62,296 nucleotides of DNA from Candidatus Omnitrophota bacterium (lineage in GTDB: Bacteria > Omnitrophota > Gorgyraeia > VGKH01 > JBHPFN01), in assembly GCA_042571725.1 (NCBI GenBank), contig JBHPFN010000006.1:1-62296 (forward strand), in the 5' to 3' direction. Shown in pieces: positions 1 through 8,099 of the stretch (position 1 is the first letter of the stretch; every line of letters starts with the position of its first letter). The notes beneath the pieces were generated by a model. It was not told the origin of the DNA. It searched no databases and worked only from the letters and a program-made list of their open reading frames with translations. Made by a program: the position numbers and the translations under genes.

Positions 1-67
1 CTCTCTGCAGCCTAAGCCTCATCCGATCCTTTCCTTTTAATATAATGTTTGTGCAGTAAAAGCGTGG

Positions 68-226
68 TCACGTTGCTCTTTTTCTTTTCCGACGCAAAGC
101 CTTTTCCATTCGACTACGTGCCTCTTGACGGGTGCTTCCTTCGGTAAGATGATCTGCGCATAGTGCAGCAAATCCCCTTCTGTTCTTTATCTTAAAGATC
201 TTAATTGTTTTTCCTGAAGCTTTCAT
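68..226 (-). CDS. small hypothetical protein (52 aa, basic C-terminus)
   Basis: ATG at 226-224 preceded by AAAGGAG about 6 nt upstream; translates MKASGKTIKIFKIKNRRGFAALCADHLTEGSTRQEARSRMEKALRRKRKRAT; below the ORF-track size cut-off; function unknown. Confidence 0.3.
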   Translation of the reverse strand: MKASGKTIKIFKIKNRRGFAALCADHLTEGSTRQEARSRMEKALRRKRKRAT

Positions 227-336
227 CCACGCTCCTTTCCAACAATGCCTCTGTTAAGTATGGCATCGCATTAATCTTAAATTAATCATCCTTTCCATTA
301 TACCAAAAAATTTTTATTTATAAGTATTTTCCTGCC

Positions 337-786
337 TCAAGCGGAAAATAAGCTGCCTACGTACACCATAAGAAATAAAGTGATAAAAACTATGGTAAGC
401 TCAATGAGTGTTTTTATAATGTTTGAAAGGCGATTTTCTTGATCTGCCCCTCTCATTAAGGCGCGTACAAGGGTTAAGACATCAACTGCAGTCCAAATCA
501 TAATAAAGGATAATAGTGCATGAACGCGCATTACTGACTTGGGAATTTCGAGCTTATAAAGCACGGCGTAAGTGCACACCACTGACACAAATCCAATAAT
601 TCCTACCAAAACAAATTTAGATGGCTTTCTAAGAGATAGAAGAAACAGGCCTCTTTTCGTTGGCTGATCACCGGAATCCTTCAGGTAGCTTGAATACACA
701 TTTTGAACATGCGCCAGCACCCCTAAGAAAAAGAAAGCAAAAAAACACCCCATTAATAAAGCTTCGATTATGGTTATATATGGCAT
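337..786 (-). CDS. hypothetical integral membrane protein
   Basis: 149-aa ORF with about 4 hydrophobic helices; no recognisable motif. Confidence 0.5.
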   Translation of the reverse strand: MPYITIIEALLMGCFFAFFFLGVLAHVQNVYSSYLKDSGDQPTKRGLFLLSLRKPSKFVLVGIIGFVSVVCTYAVLYKLEIPKSVMRVHALLSFIMIWTAVDVLTLVRALMRGADQENRLSNIIKTLIELTIVFITLFLMVYVGSLFSA

Positions 787-869
787 CGCTATCTCCTTCT
801 TGATTTATTTCCTTGTCGAATGTGTCTTGCTATAAACTTTTCCCGCGACCTAAACTTCCTTAAGGTCTT

Positions 870-1481
870 TTATTGTGTGCGTTCAGGGAACGTCAGAATA
901 GTGTCGACAATCCTCAAAAAGCGATTATCTTCTGCTTGGCTAAGGATATGATGAAACAGCATTGCTAAAAACAACACATAGAGCAAATACACCTTGTGCC
1001 AATACAAGCTTACCATTAAATTCTTAGACACTTCTAGATTTTCCGCCGTCGATTCTTTATATTCAGCCGCTTCCTGAGTAGGAGTCTTAAGATATTTCAA
1101 GGCAGCTATCTGCTCATCAATAACTCTGGCAGCCGCGGCAATATATATCTTGGCACCGCAAAAAATTATTGCTATAACCACCAGCAGCGCAATGCACGGT
1201 CCCACTTTATACATTTTACTTTTTCGACGTATGAGAAACTGCGCATCGGCTGAACTCAGCTTTGCCCCCATTGCTACTCCTTTTTCAATACGACTATGAA
1301 TACTGAACTCCTTAAAGATATTGTACATCCCTGTTGCTGCTATTGGCAAGGTTAAATTCCTTAATTTTCCATTATTTTTTTTCTTTACATTCCAACTGCT
1401 CAAGCATATAATAAACACACTGCCCACCAATAAATTAATATAAGCAAACCTTAAAGGGAGGTCAAAAATGGGATTGGACAT
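870..1481 (-). CDS. hypothetical membrane protein
   Basis: Long ORF with several hydrophobic segments. The first ATG (1481) overlaps the divergent STAS gene start and has no SD, so the start is uncertain. Confidence 0.4.
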   Translation of the reverse strand: MSNPIFDLPLRFAYINLLVGSVFIICLSSWNVKKKNNGKLRNLTLPIAATGMYNIFKEFSIHSRIEKGVAMGAKLSSADAQFLIRRKSKMYKVGPCIALLVVIAIIFCGAKIYIAAAARVIDEQIAALKYLKTPTQEAAEYKESTAENLEVSKNLMVSLYWHKVYLLYVLFLAMLFHHILSQAEDNRFLRIVDTILTFPERTQ

Positions 1482-1848
1482 CAAAGTTACAAAGAAAAAA
1501 GATTTTGTCTATACCGCACAGTTAGAAGGCCCTATCGATAGCGACACCTACCATCAACTCGAAGAAGAGTTAAAAGAAATTATTGATGAAAAAACAAAAG
1601 CACTTATTTTAGATATGAGTAATGTTGACTACGTAAGCAGTGCAGGGATTCGAACCGTGCTCTGGGCACAAAAAGCCCTTAAAGAAAAAAATGCAACCTT
1701 TGCCATGACCAACCTACAACCTCAAATCAAAAAAGTATTTGATATGATGAAAATCCTGCCTATCATTGATATCTTCGAAGACATGCCCGAGGCAGACAAA
1801 TACATCGATCAGGTCATTAAAGAAGAAACGCAAAAGCAAGGCACATGA
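1468..1848 (+). CDS. STAS-domain protein (anti-sigma-factor antagonist, SpoIIAA-like)
   Basis: 126 aa; 'LILDMSNVDYVSSAGIRTVLWA' is a typical STAS core; strong SD AGGGAGG upstream of the ATG. Confidence 0.8.
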   Translation: MGLDIKVTKKKDFVYTAQLEGPIDSDTYHQLEEELKEIIDEKTKALILDMSNVDYVSSAGIRTVLWAQKALKEKNATFAMTNLQPQIKKVFDMMKILPIIDIFEDMPEADKYIDQVIKEETQKQGT

Positions 1849-2873
1849 AACCAGTTGTATCCTTTGTGGACATCGAAGACCTCTGGGAAGCAGAGTATCT
1901 TAAAGATCGCCTGCAAACGGAAGTTACTCTTAAGCATTACGCAGAAACTGCTGATCTTGCCCTCGATAAAATTAAAGACAGTGTAGTTCTCTCCACTTTT
2001 ATTAATTCTAAAGTAGATAAAAAGGTAATCGATTCTCTCCCTAAGCTTAAATACATCACTACGCGCTCCACTGGCTTTGACCACATCGATATTGAACATG
2101 CCCGCTCAAAAGGCATTAGCGTTTCAAACGTACCCACCTACGGTGAAAACACCGTTGCCGAACACACCTTTGCACTCATCCTCTCCATTGCACGCAATTT
2201 AAAAAAATCACATTTTAAAGTAAGCGAAGGAGATTTTTCCATTAAAGAACTCATGGGCTTTGACCTGAAAGGAAAAACCATCGGCGTTGTGGGTACCGGC
2301 CACATCGGCCTTCGGGTGATAAAGATGGCGGTAGGTTTTTGCATGAAGGTCTTGGCGTTTGACCCGATGCAAAATCATTTTCTTGAAGAGGTGCTCGGGT
2401 TTAAATACGCTGATTTCGAAACACTGCTCAAGGAATCTGACATAATCACTCTGCACGCACCTCACAATAAAAAAACTCACCATTTGATAAACGAAGATAA
2501 TATTAAGCTTATAAAAAAGGGCGCGATCCTTATCAATACTGCGAGAGGTGCTCTGGTAGATACGCTAGCCCTTACCAAAGCGCTGGATGAAGGAATCTTA
2601 GCTGGTGCCGGCCTTGATGTGCTTGAGGGAGAAGATATTATCCTTGAAGAAAAACAACTCTTAATGCGCAAAAAGAAAGAACTATACAACCCTGAAAAAC
2701 TCCAGCTAATGCTTCGAAACGGCTTCCTTTTACAGAGGGAAAATGTAACATTTACCCCCCATACTGCCTTTTATTCCAAAGAGGCCCTGCAGCGGATCCT
2801 CGATACCACCTGCCAAAATATAAAAGGATTTCTCGAGGGAAATCCTGCAAACGCAGTAAATGCCGCAACCTAG
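1845..2873 (+). CDS. D-isomer-specific 2-hydroxyacid dehydrogenase family (NAD-binding)
   Basis: 'GKTIGVVGTGHIGLRV' Rossmann motif, 'ILINTARG' and 'TPHTAF' family motifs; ATGA overlap with the STAS gene. Confidence 0.85.
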   Translation: MKPVVSFVDIEDLWEAEYLKDRLQTEVTLKHYAETADLALDKIKDSVVLSTFINSKVDKKVIDSLPKLKYITTRSTGFDHIDIEHARSKGISVSNVPTYGENTVAEHTFALILSIARNLKKSHFKVSEGDFSIKELMGFDLKGKTIGVVGTGHIGLRVIKMAVGFCMKVLAFDPMQNHFLEEVLGFKYADFETLLKESDIITLHAPHNKKTHHLINEDNIKLIKKGAILINTARGALVDTLALTKALDEGILAGAGLDVLEGEDIILEEKQLLMRKKKELYNPEKLQLMLRNGFLLQRENVTFTPHTAFYSKEALQRILDTTCQNIKGFLEGNPANAVNAAT

Positions 2874-2879
2874 ATTTTA

Positions 2880-2908
2880 TTGACTGTTGCAAAAGACTGC
2901 TGTAGACT
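2880..2908 (+). promoter_or_regulatory. sigma70-like promoter, apparently leaderless (TTGACT-17-TAGACT, 8 nt to ATG 2917)
   Basis: Hexamers read directly from the sequence; no SD between the -10 and the ATG. Confidence 0.4.
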
Positions 2909-2916
2909 ATAATCCA

Positions 2917-4800
2917 ATGACCAAACAGCAATCCTTGCTTCGTAAATCGTTTTCTATCCTTAATTCCGTCATTATTCTTGTTTTTTTCGCCTTCCTGCTT
3001 GATCTAGCTTGTAAATGGACCTCTCAGCATCCTTTTAGCCTCCTAACGCTCTTTATCATTTTCCCCCTTAAGGTTTACCTATTCAGCGGCATCTACGGCA
3101 CTCTCGCAGAGCTTGCCAGCGGCAAAGAAATGGTAGTAAGCGTTGCGCTCTTAAAAAACAATGTAAGAAAATTTTGGAAACCTTATATCGCTTTTGCGCT
3201 TTTTCATGTTGCCGCTCACCCCTACTCACCGCTTGCCGCAACATCATCACTCGGCCCTTTTAATAGTATCATCGCATGTATATTTATCTATTGGGTTATC
3301 GTCAGAAAATGCCTATCGCCTAGGGATCTTGCAAAAAGAAAGATCGCCATTGCACCCCAGTTAACTTTTTCTCTTTTAGCGCTCTATCTGCTGCAGATAG
3401 CTCTTTTCTACCCCCTTGGTTTTACAGGCCTCGGTAGATGGTATTCGCTGATTCTCTTTGCATCACGATATATTCATTTTCTTATCGTGCTCTCAATCAC
3501 CCTGTCAGTGTTCGATGTCTATCCTGAGATTAAAAAAAATCGTATCCATCAAAAGGAAATATTTCTCGTTAATCCGGTAGGCGGGGGAGTTTTTAACAGC
3601 TTCTCTCTTATCGCGACACGCTTCCTATATCCTCCGTTTTTCTTGATCTTAAAAACACTCACCCCGAAACACTATCACTTCAAAGAGTTCAACCGTGTTA
3701 ATTTTTATGATCGCTACTACAAAAGCAATGTGCTGGTCGCCATATCCTGTTACACTTCAAACTGCCAAGAGGCTTACAAAATAGCCAAAGAATTTAAAAA
3801 GCGCGGCGCAACCGTCATTATGGGTGGGCCTCATGTCACCTACCTTTCTGATGAAGCCCTGGAGTTCTGCAACAGTGTAGTGCTGGGGGAAGCCGAAGGC
3901 GTTTGGAAACAAGTCATCAAAGACTACGAAAACGGCTGTCTTCAAGAAAAATACGTTGCCCAGCCCCTTGAGAAGTACTATCAAGAAGTTCAACCTGGAA
4001 TCCTGAATGCTTCCCCCCATATGATCAAAGACTATCTTGAGGCTAGCCGTGGATGTAAGTACCGCTGCGATTTTTGCACGGTGCCTAATTTCAATGGAGT
4101 GCCTCTTAGAAAAAAACCCATTCGCTTGCTTCTGGCACAGATTAAAAGATTTAACCAATCCCACAAAAAAGTATCGTTTCTCGATAATAATATGTACGCG
4201 GACCCGCACTATGCTGAAAAACTTTTTAAGGCGCTAAAACCCCTCAAGATTAAGTGGGGCGGTCAGTGCACAATTGACATTGCCAGAGATGCTCAAACCA
4301 TTCAACTGCTGAAAGATTCTGGCTGCGATCGCATCCTCTTCGGATATGAGATTTTCGGTGATTCTCAAGAAAAGAAACAGGGTGGGAAATACGGCTTATC
4401 GGAAAAATACCTGCAGTTTACCAAAAGAATTAAAAAAGCGCGGATTGCAATAAAAGGCCAGTTTATCTTTGGCTATGATTCTGATAATCTAAAAAATTTG
4501 CTTCGCTTATGGAAATTCAGCTTCCTGCTTAGTCCCTCGCGAATAGGGCTTTCTATCCTCACGCCTGTTCCCGGGGCGCCGATGTATTACACTATACTAC
4601 GAGAAAACCGCTTAACCAGCCTTAACTGGCGCAATTTCGACTGTTTTAACCTTGTTTTTCAACACGCCCGGTTAAAAAATGGTCTGCTCAACGCCTTCTC
4701 GCCTTTACTGCGCTATGTCTTTGTACTTACCGCTTCAAAACAAGGATATGCGATACTCGCGGTTTCAGCATTAGCTCTAATAGTGTTGCGTTTTAAGTAA
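2917..4800 (+). CDS. polytopic-membrane B12-binding radical SAM enzyme, paralog 1
   Basis: N-terminal ~210 aa with about 6 TM helices; B12-binding-type segment 'VLVAISCYTSN...KKRGATVIMGGPHVT'; CX3CX2C 'CKYRCDFC'; C-terminal TM helix. Start moved to ATG 2917 because it aligns with the paralog start (MTKQQSLLRKSF vs MVPREPAFKRSF). Confidence 0.85.
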   Translation: MTKQQSLLRKSFSILNSVIILVFFAFLLDLACKWTSQHPFSLLTLFIIFPLKVYLFSGIYGTLAELASGKEMVVSVALLKNNVRKFWKPYIAFALFHVAAHPYSPLAATSSLGPFNSIIACIFIYWVIVRKCLSPRDLAKRKIAIAPQLTFSLLALYLLQIALFYPLGFTGLGRWYSLILFASRYIHFLIVLSITLSVFDVYPEIKKNRIHQKEIFLVNPVGGGVFNSFSLIATRFLYPPFFLILKTLTPKHYHFKEFNRVNFYDRYYKSNVLVAISCYTSNCQEAYKIAKEFKKRGATVIMGGPHVTYLSDEALEFCNSVVLGEAEGVWKQVIKDYENGCLQEKYVAQPLEKYYQEVQPGILNASPHMIKDYLEASRGCKYRCDFCTVPNFNGVPLRKKPIRLLLAQIKRFNQSHKKVSFLDNNMYADPHYAEKLFKALKPLKIKWGGQCTIDIARDAQTIQLLKDSGCDRILFGYEIFGDSQEKKQGGKYGLSEKYLQFTKRIKKARIAIKGQFIFGYDSDNLKNLLRLWKFSFLLSPSRIGLSILTPVPGAPMYYTILRENRLTSLNWRNFDCFNLVFQHARLKNGLLNAFSPLLRYVFVLTASKQGYAILAVSALALIVLRFK

Positions 4801-4833
4801 GGACAATGTAAATTCTCGAATAAAAAATTGTGG

Positions 4834-4862
4834 TTGACAATTGTTTATTAATGCAATAAAAT
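4834..4862 (+). promoter_or_regulatory. sigma70-like promoter TTGACA-17-TAAAAT upstream of peptide genes 1 and 2
   Basis: Consensus -35 at 4834-4839, 17-nt spacer, -10 at 4857-4862. Confidence 0.5.
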
Positions 4863-4946
4863 AAAGCAGATAGAATAATTATTACTGCATTTCTGGAACT
4901 TCATAAAAGTAGATTCGATAAAACCTAGCAAAAGAAGGATGGAAAA

Positions 4947-5030
4947 ATGGGAGCTATTTCAGTAATTGCATTAGTCGGTATTTTTGTTCTATCGCTGAAC
5001 TTCCTAGATTTTTACTGGTGGATGCGTTAA
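4947..5030 (+). CDS. small hydrophobic peptide, DFYWW family (27 aa: MGAISVIALVGIFVLSLNFLDFYWWMR)
   Basis: ATG with a purine-rich GAAGGA upstream; shares the C-terminal FLDFYWW.R with two other sORFs in this locus. Confidence 0.6.
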   Translation: MGAISVIALVGIFVLSLNFLDFYWWMR

Positions 5031-5083
5031 ATAGCCGCTAATTTTTTTGGCGAGCATGGCGACTTTCCTAACAAGGAGAAAAA

Positions 5084-5170
5084 ATGAGTGCAATAGGAAT
5101 ATCTGTAGTAATAATAGTGTTACTTACTATTAGTTTTAGTTTTTTTGATTTCTACTGGTGGTTGCGTTAA
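5084..5170 (+). CDS. small hydrophobic peptide, DFYWW family (28 aa: MSAIGISVVIIVLLTISFSFFDFYWWLR)
   Basis: AAGGAG SD 5-6 nt upstream of the ATG; 22/28 residues identical to the peptide at 7258-7344. Confidence 0.65.
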   Translation: MSAIGISVVIIVLLTISFSFFDFYWWLR

Positions 5171-5197
5171 AATAGCCGTTAAGTTCTTTAGCAGTAA

Positions 5198-5234
5198 GGC
5201 GAATTTCCCGAACAGGAAAATTCGCCCTTTTTTT
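5198..5234 (+). terminator. intrinsic terminator after peptide gene 2
   Basis: GGCGAATTTCC...GGAAAATTCGCC hairpin followed by CTTTTTTT. Confidence 0.6.
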
Positions 5235-5235
5235 A

Positions 5236-5264
5236 TTGCGCCAATGAATGAACTATTGTACACT
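5236..5264 (+). promoter_or_regulatory. sigma70-like promoter, apparently leaderless (TTGCGC-17-TACACT, 8 nt to ATG 5273)
   Basis: Same geometry as the promoter of paralog 1; no SD. Confidence 0.35.
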
Positions 5265-5272
5265 ATATTTCA

Positions 5273-7168
5273 ATGGTACCCCGCGAACCAGCTTTCAAAA
5301 GATCATTTGAGATACTCAGTTCTACTCTTATCCTCGTAATCATTGCTTTTCTGTTTGATTTAATCTTTAAATCTGCACTTGCAAACTCCCTATCCTGGCT
5401 GACGCTCTTATTCTTCTTACCCGCAAAAATCTATCTTGTAAGCGGCCTCTACGGTAGCTTGGTTGAAATAGTAAGTGGCCAAGAAATGGTAGCAAACGTT
5501 GCACTCTTAAAAAGGAACGTAAAAAGTCTCTGGAAACTCTATGCCCCGTTTGCGCTGTTTGAACTCATTGCATATTTACCCTACTCTACAACCTCCTCTT
5601 TCTCTCTTGTGCCCTTTTCGCTTATTCCTCTTTTTTTCCTTTCCTATGTAATTGTCGCTAAGAAATACCTCAAGCCTTTTAAGATTGAAAGAAAAAAAAT
5701 CAACATAAGCGTTATCAACGTCGCCGTTGTCCTTGCGCTCTTGCTTATCGATATAGTCCTTTCCTTGGTATTAAAGAATATGGCCATAGGAAAATCGCAA
5801 CTGTTACTTATAGCTATTTCTAGATGTCTGCATTTTCTGTTCTTTCTTTACATAACAACTCTTTTTTTAGATGGATACCCGGAGATTTATAAGAAGTTCG
5901 ATGCAAAAAAAGAAATCTTTCTAATTCACCCTGTATGGGGTGGCGTATTTGATCATCTGGGAACAGCCTTAATACGTTACTATCCGGCAGTTTTTATAGT
6001 CCTCAAAGCGCTCACTCCTAAAAATTACACGTTCAGAGAGTTCAATAGGATTAATTGGCATAAAAGATTTTACAAAAAAAATAAATTAGTAGCTATTACC
6101 TGTACCTCCTCAAACTCCTACGAGGCCTACAAAATCGCCAAGGAATTCAAGAAGCGTGGCTCAACGGTCATCATGGGCGGCGTGCACGTTTCTTATTTTT
6201 CAGATGAAGCCTTAGAGTTCTGTGACAGTGTTGTTATCGGTGAAGTCGAGGGAGTGTGGAAGCAGGTAATTCATGATTATGAAAATAACTGCCTTCAAAA
6301 AAAATACCTCGGCTATCCCAAGGAAGATTTCTATACGGAGACCCATCTTGAACTCCTTAATTCTCCTCCTGAAATAATACATAGTTACCTTGAGACGATC
6401 CGAGGATGCAAATATAAATGTGATTTCTGTACCATTCCTTCTTTAAGCGGTCACTCCATCAGACATAAGCCCATCGCTCAAACTGTTGAATTAATTAAGA
6501 AAATGGGACCCCGATACGCAAAAGATGTGAAATTCATCGATAACAACATATATGCAGACCCGGCACACTCCAGAGAACTCTTCAAGGCATTAATCCCTCT
6601 TAATATCCAATGGAAAGCCCTCTGCACCATTGATGTCGCAAAAAACGATGAAATACTATCGCTTGCCAAGAAAAGCGGATGCTCTGGATTTCTCATTGGC
6701 TATGAGATATTTACCGGTTCAAGCGAAAAAAAACAAGGTGGGAAATTTACCCTTTCAGAACAATATATACAGCTAAGCAATAAAATTAAAAAAATCGGCA
6801 TCAGGATTAAAGCACATATGATCATAGGGTGGGACTCTGATAATGTAAAAAGTGTATTTCGGTTATGGAAATTTTGTTTCACTATTAATCCTTATGCGTG
6901 CTCCCTTTCGCTTCTCACCCCCCTGCCCGGATCAAATCTCTTTTACTTCATGATAAAAGAAAACCGAATAACCAATCTGAGCTGGAGAAACTATTCTTAT
7001 CACAGGTTAGCGTTTCGCCACAAACAAATAAATGGCTTTATCCTGGGTAGCTTATTTACTCCCTTGCGTTTTCTTTATCTCTACACCACAACTAAAGTAG
7101 GGTACGGAATAATGGCAATAGCGGCCTTTATGACTTTAGTATTTCTAGGCCTCAGCTTCCTGGCTTGA
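5273..7168 (+). CDS. polytopic-membrane B12-binding radical SAM enzyme, paralog 2
   Basis: Collinear with 2917-4800 over its full length; 'KLVAITCTSSN...KKRGSTVIMGGVHVS', 'CKYKCDFC', N-terminal multi-TM region and C-terminal TM helix. Confidence 0.85.
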   Translation: MVPREPAFKRSFEILSSTLILVIIAFLFDLIFKSALANSLSWLTLLFFLPAKIYLVSGLYGSLVEIVSGQEMVANVALLKRNVKSLWKLYAPFALFELIAYLPYSTTSSFSLVPFSLIPLFFLSYVIVAKKYLKPFKIERKKINISVINVAVVLALLLIDIVLSLVLKNMAIGKSQLLLIAISRCLHFLFFLYITTLFLDGYPEIYKKFDAKKEIFLIHPVWGGVFDHLGTALIRYYPAVFIVLKALTPKNYTFREFNRINWHKRFYKKNKLVAITCTSSNSYEAYKIAKEFKKRGSTVIMGGVHVSYFSDEALEFCDSVVIGEVEGVWKQVIHDYENNCLQKKYLGYPKEDFYTETHLELLNSPPEIIHSYLETIRGCKYKCDFCTIPSLSGHSIRHKPIAQTVELIKKMGPRYAKDVKFIDNNIYADPAHSRELFKALIPLNIQWKALCTIDVAKNDEILSLAKKSGCSGFLIGYEIFTGSSEKKQGGKFTLSEQYIQLSNKIKKIGIRIKAHMIIGWDSDNVKSVFRLWKFCFTINPYACSLSLLTPLPGSNLFYFMIKENRITNLSWRNYSYHRLAFRHKQINGFILGSLFTPLRFLYLYTTTKVGYGIMAIAAFMTLVFLGLSFLA

Positions 7169-7210
7169 TTTATTGTACTGCAGGGTTATGAAAAAACGTA
7201 AAATTTACGC

Positions 7211-7239
7211 TTGACAATTTTAGTGCTGAGCATTACAAT
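7211..7239 (+). promoter_or_regulatory. sigma70-like promoter TTGACA-17-TACAAT upstream of peptide gene 3
   Basis: Hexamers read directly. The 13-nt palindrome CGTAAAATTTACG ends two bases upstream of the -35. Confidence 0.55.
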
Positions 7240-7257
7240 TTAAACAAAAGGAGAAAA

Positions 7258-7344
7258 ATGGGCGCAATAGGAATATCTGTAATAGTCATAGCGTTATTTA
7301 CAATAAGTTTTAGTTTTTTAGATTTCTACTGGTGGTTGCGTTAA
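7258..7344 (+). CDS. small hydrophobic peptide, DFYWW family (28 aa: MGAIGISVIVIALFTISFSFLDFYWWLR)
   Basis: AAGGAG SD upstream of the ATG; conserved C-terminal motif; followed by a strong terminator. Confidence 0.65.
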   Translation: MGAIGISVIVIALFTISFSFLDFYWWLR

Positions 7345-7375
7345 ACCGCTAGTATTGGTCTAGAAAATAATTAAA

Positions 7376-7410
7376 GCCAATTTTCTTTAAAAGAAAATTG
7401 GCTTTTTTTT
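7376..7410. terminator. intrinsic (probably bidirectional) terminator
   Basis: GCCAATTTTCTT/AAGAAAATTGGC stem followed by T8; lies between convergent genes. Confidence 0.7.
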
Positions 7411-7428
7411 AACAATATCGGCGATTGC

Positions 7429-8037
7429 CTACTTAAAACGCTTATACATAAACGGCATGTTTATTACGATATAGACAATAAAATATGCGCTGATGGCAAA
7501 AAGATATACCTTAAGAATGCTTGAGCTAAAAACAAAACAGGCAATGATAAACGCAGCCACAATAGTAATGCGAGATATATTATCAAGCGCCTGGATGCCA
7601 TCCACCAGAGACAGAGTGTCGTATTTCCTGCTGTAAATTTCACCGAGCTGATAAAGGGTTTTTTGGGATAGCTCTTGTTTCTTATAGTCGCAAGTTATCA
7701 GCTGTGTGCTGATCTCTACTACAGTTTTTTTTCGTAAATAGTGCAATCTGATACACGGATACATTAGAATCGGCACCCACCCAAAATAGATATATTCTTC
7801 AGTATACAGCGCAAATAATCCTACGCACAACAACACCGCACAAAGCATTCGCTGTACCCTAATTGCCTTGCTCAAGCGGCAGCATAGCTCTATATAGCCT
7901 TTTACCTTTTCAAGCCGTTGCTTTACCCCGGGTTGCGCGATAAGAAACGAAAACCAGCGGTACACCTGATGGTCGGTTTCAATCGAACTGGCAATCGATT
8001 CGATACTACTTACGTTTTCCTGCTTAGGTACGTCCAT
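7429..8037 (-). CDS. hypothetical membrane protein
   Basis: ORF with about 4 TM segments. Start placed at ATG 8037 (GGGAGA SD-like upstream) rather than the TTG at 8073. Confidence 0.5.
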   Translation of the reverse strand: MDVPKQENVSSIESIASSIETDHQVYRWFSFLIAQPGVKQRLEKVKGYIELCCRLSKAIRVQRMLCAVLLCVGLFALYTEEYIYFGWVPILMYPCIRLHYLRKKTVVEISTQLITCDYKKQELSQKTLYQLGEIYSRKYDTLSLVDGIQALDNISRITIVAAFIIACFVFSSSILKVYLFAISAYFIVYIVINMPFMYKRFK

Positions 8038-8099
8038 TACATCTTTCTCCCGTAAATGTAGTAAGTGTAGCAAAGACTACGTGCTGCTTCAAGAGAAAA

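Noticed and set aside
1-67. Possible minus-strand ORF starting at about ATG 26-24 (MRLRLQR...) and running off the left edge
   Set aside because: Only about 8 codons are visible, which is too little to support a call.
5145-5339. 64-aa plus-strand ORF spanning the end of peptide gene 2, its terminator and the start of rSAM paralog 2
   Set aside because: It crosses an intrinsic terminator and a promoter, has no SD, and is out of frame with the conserved peptide and enzyme ORFs.
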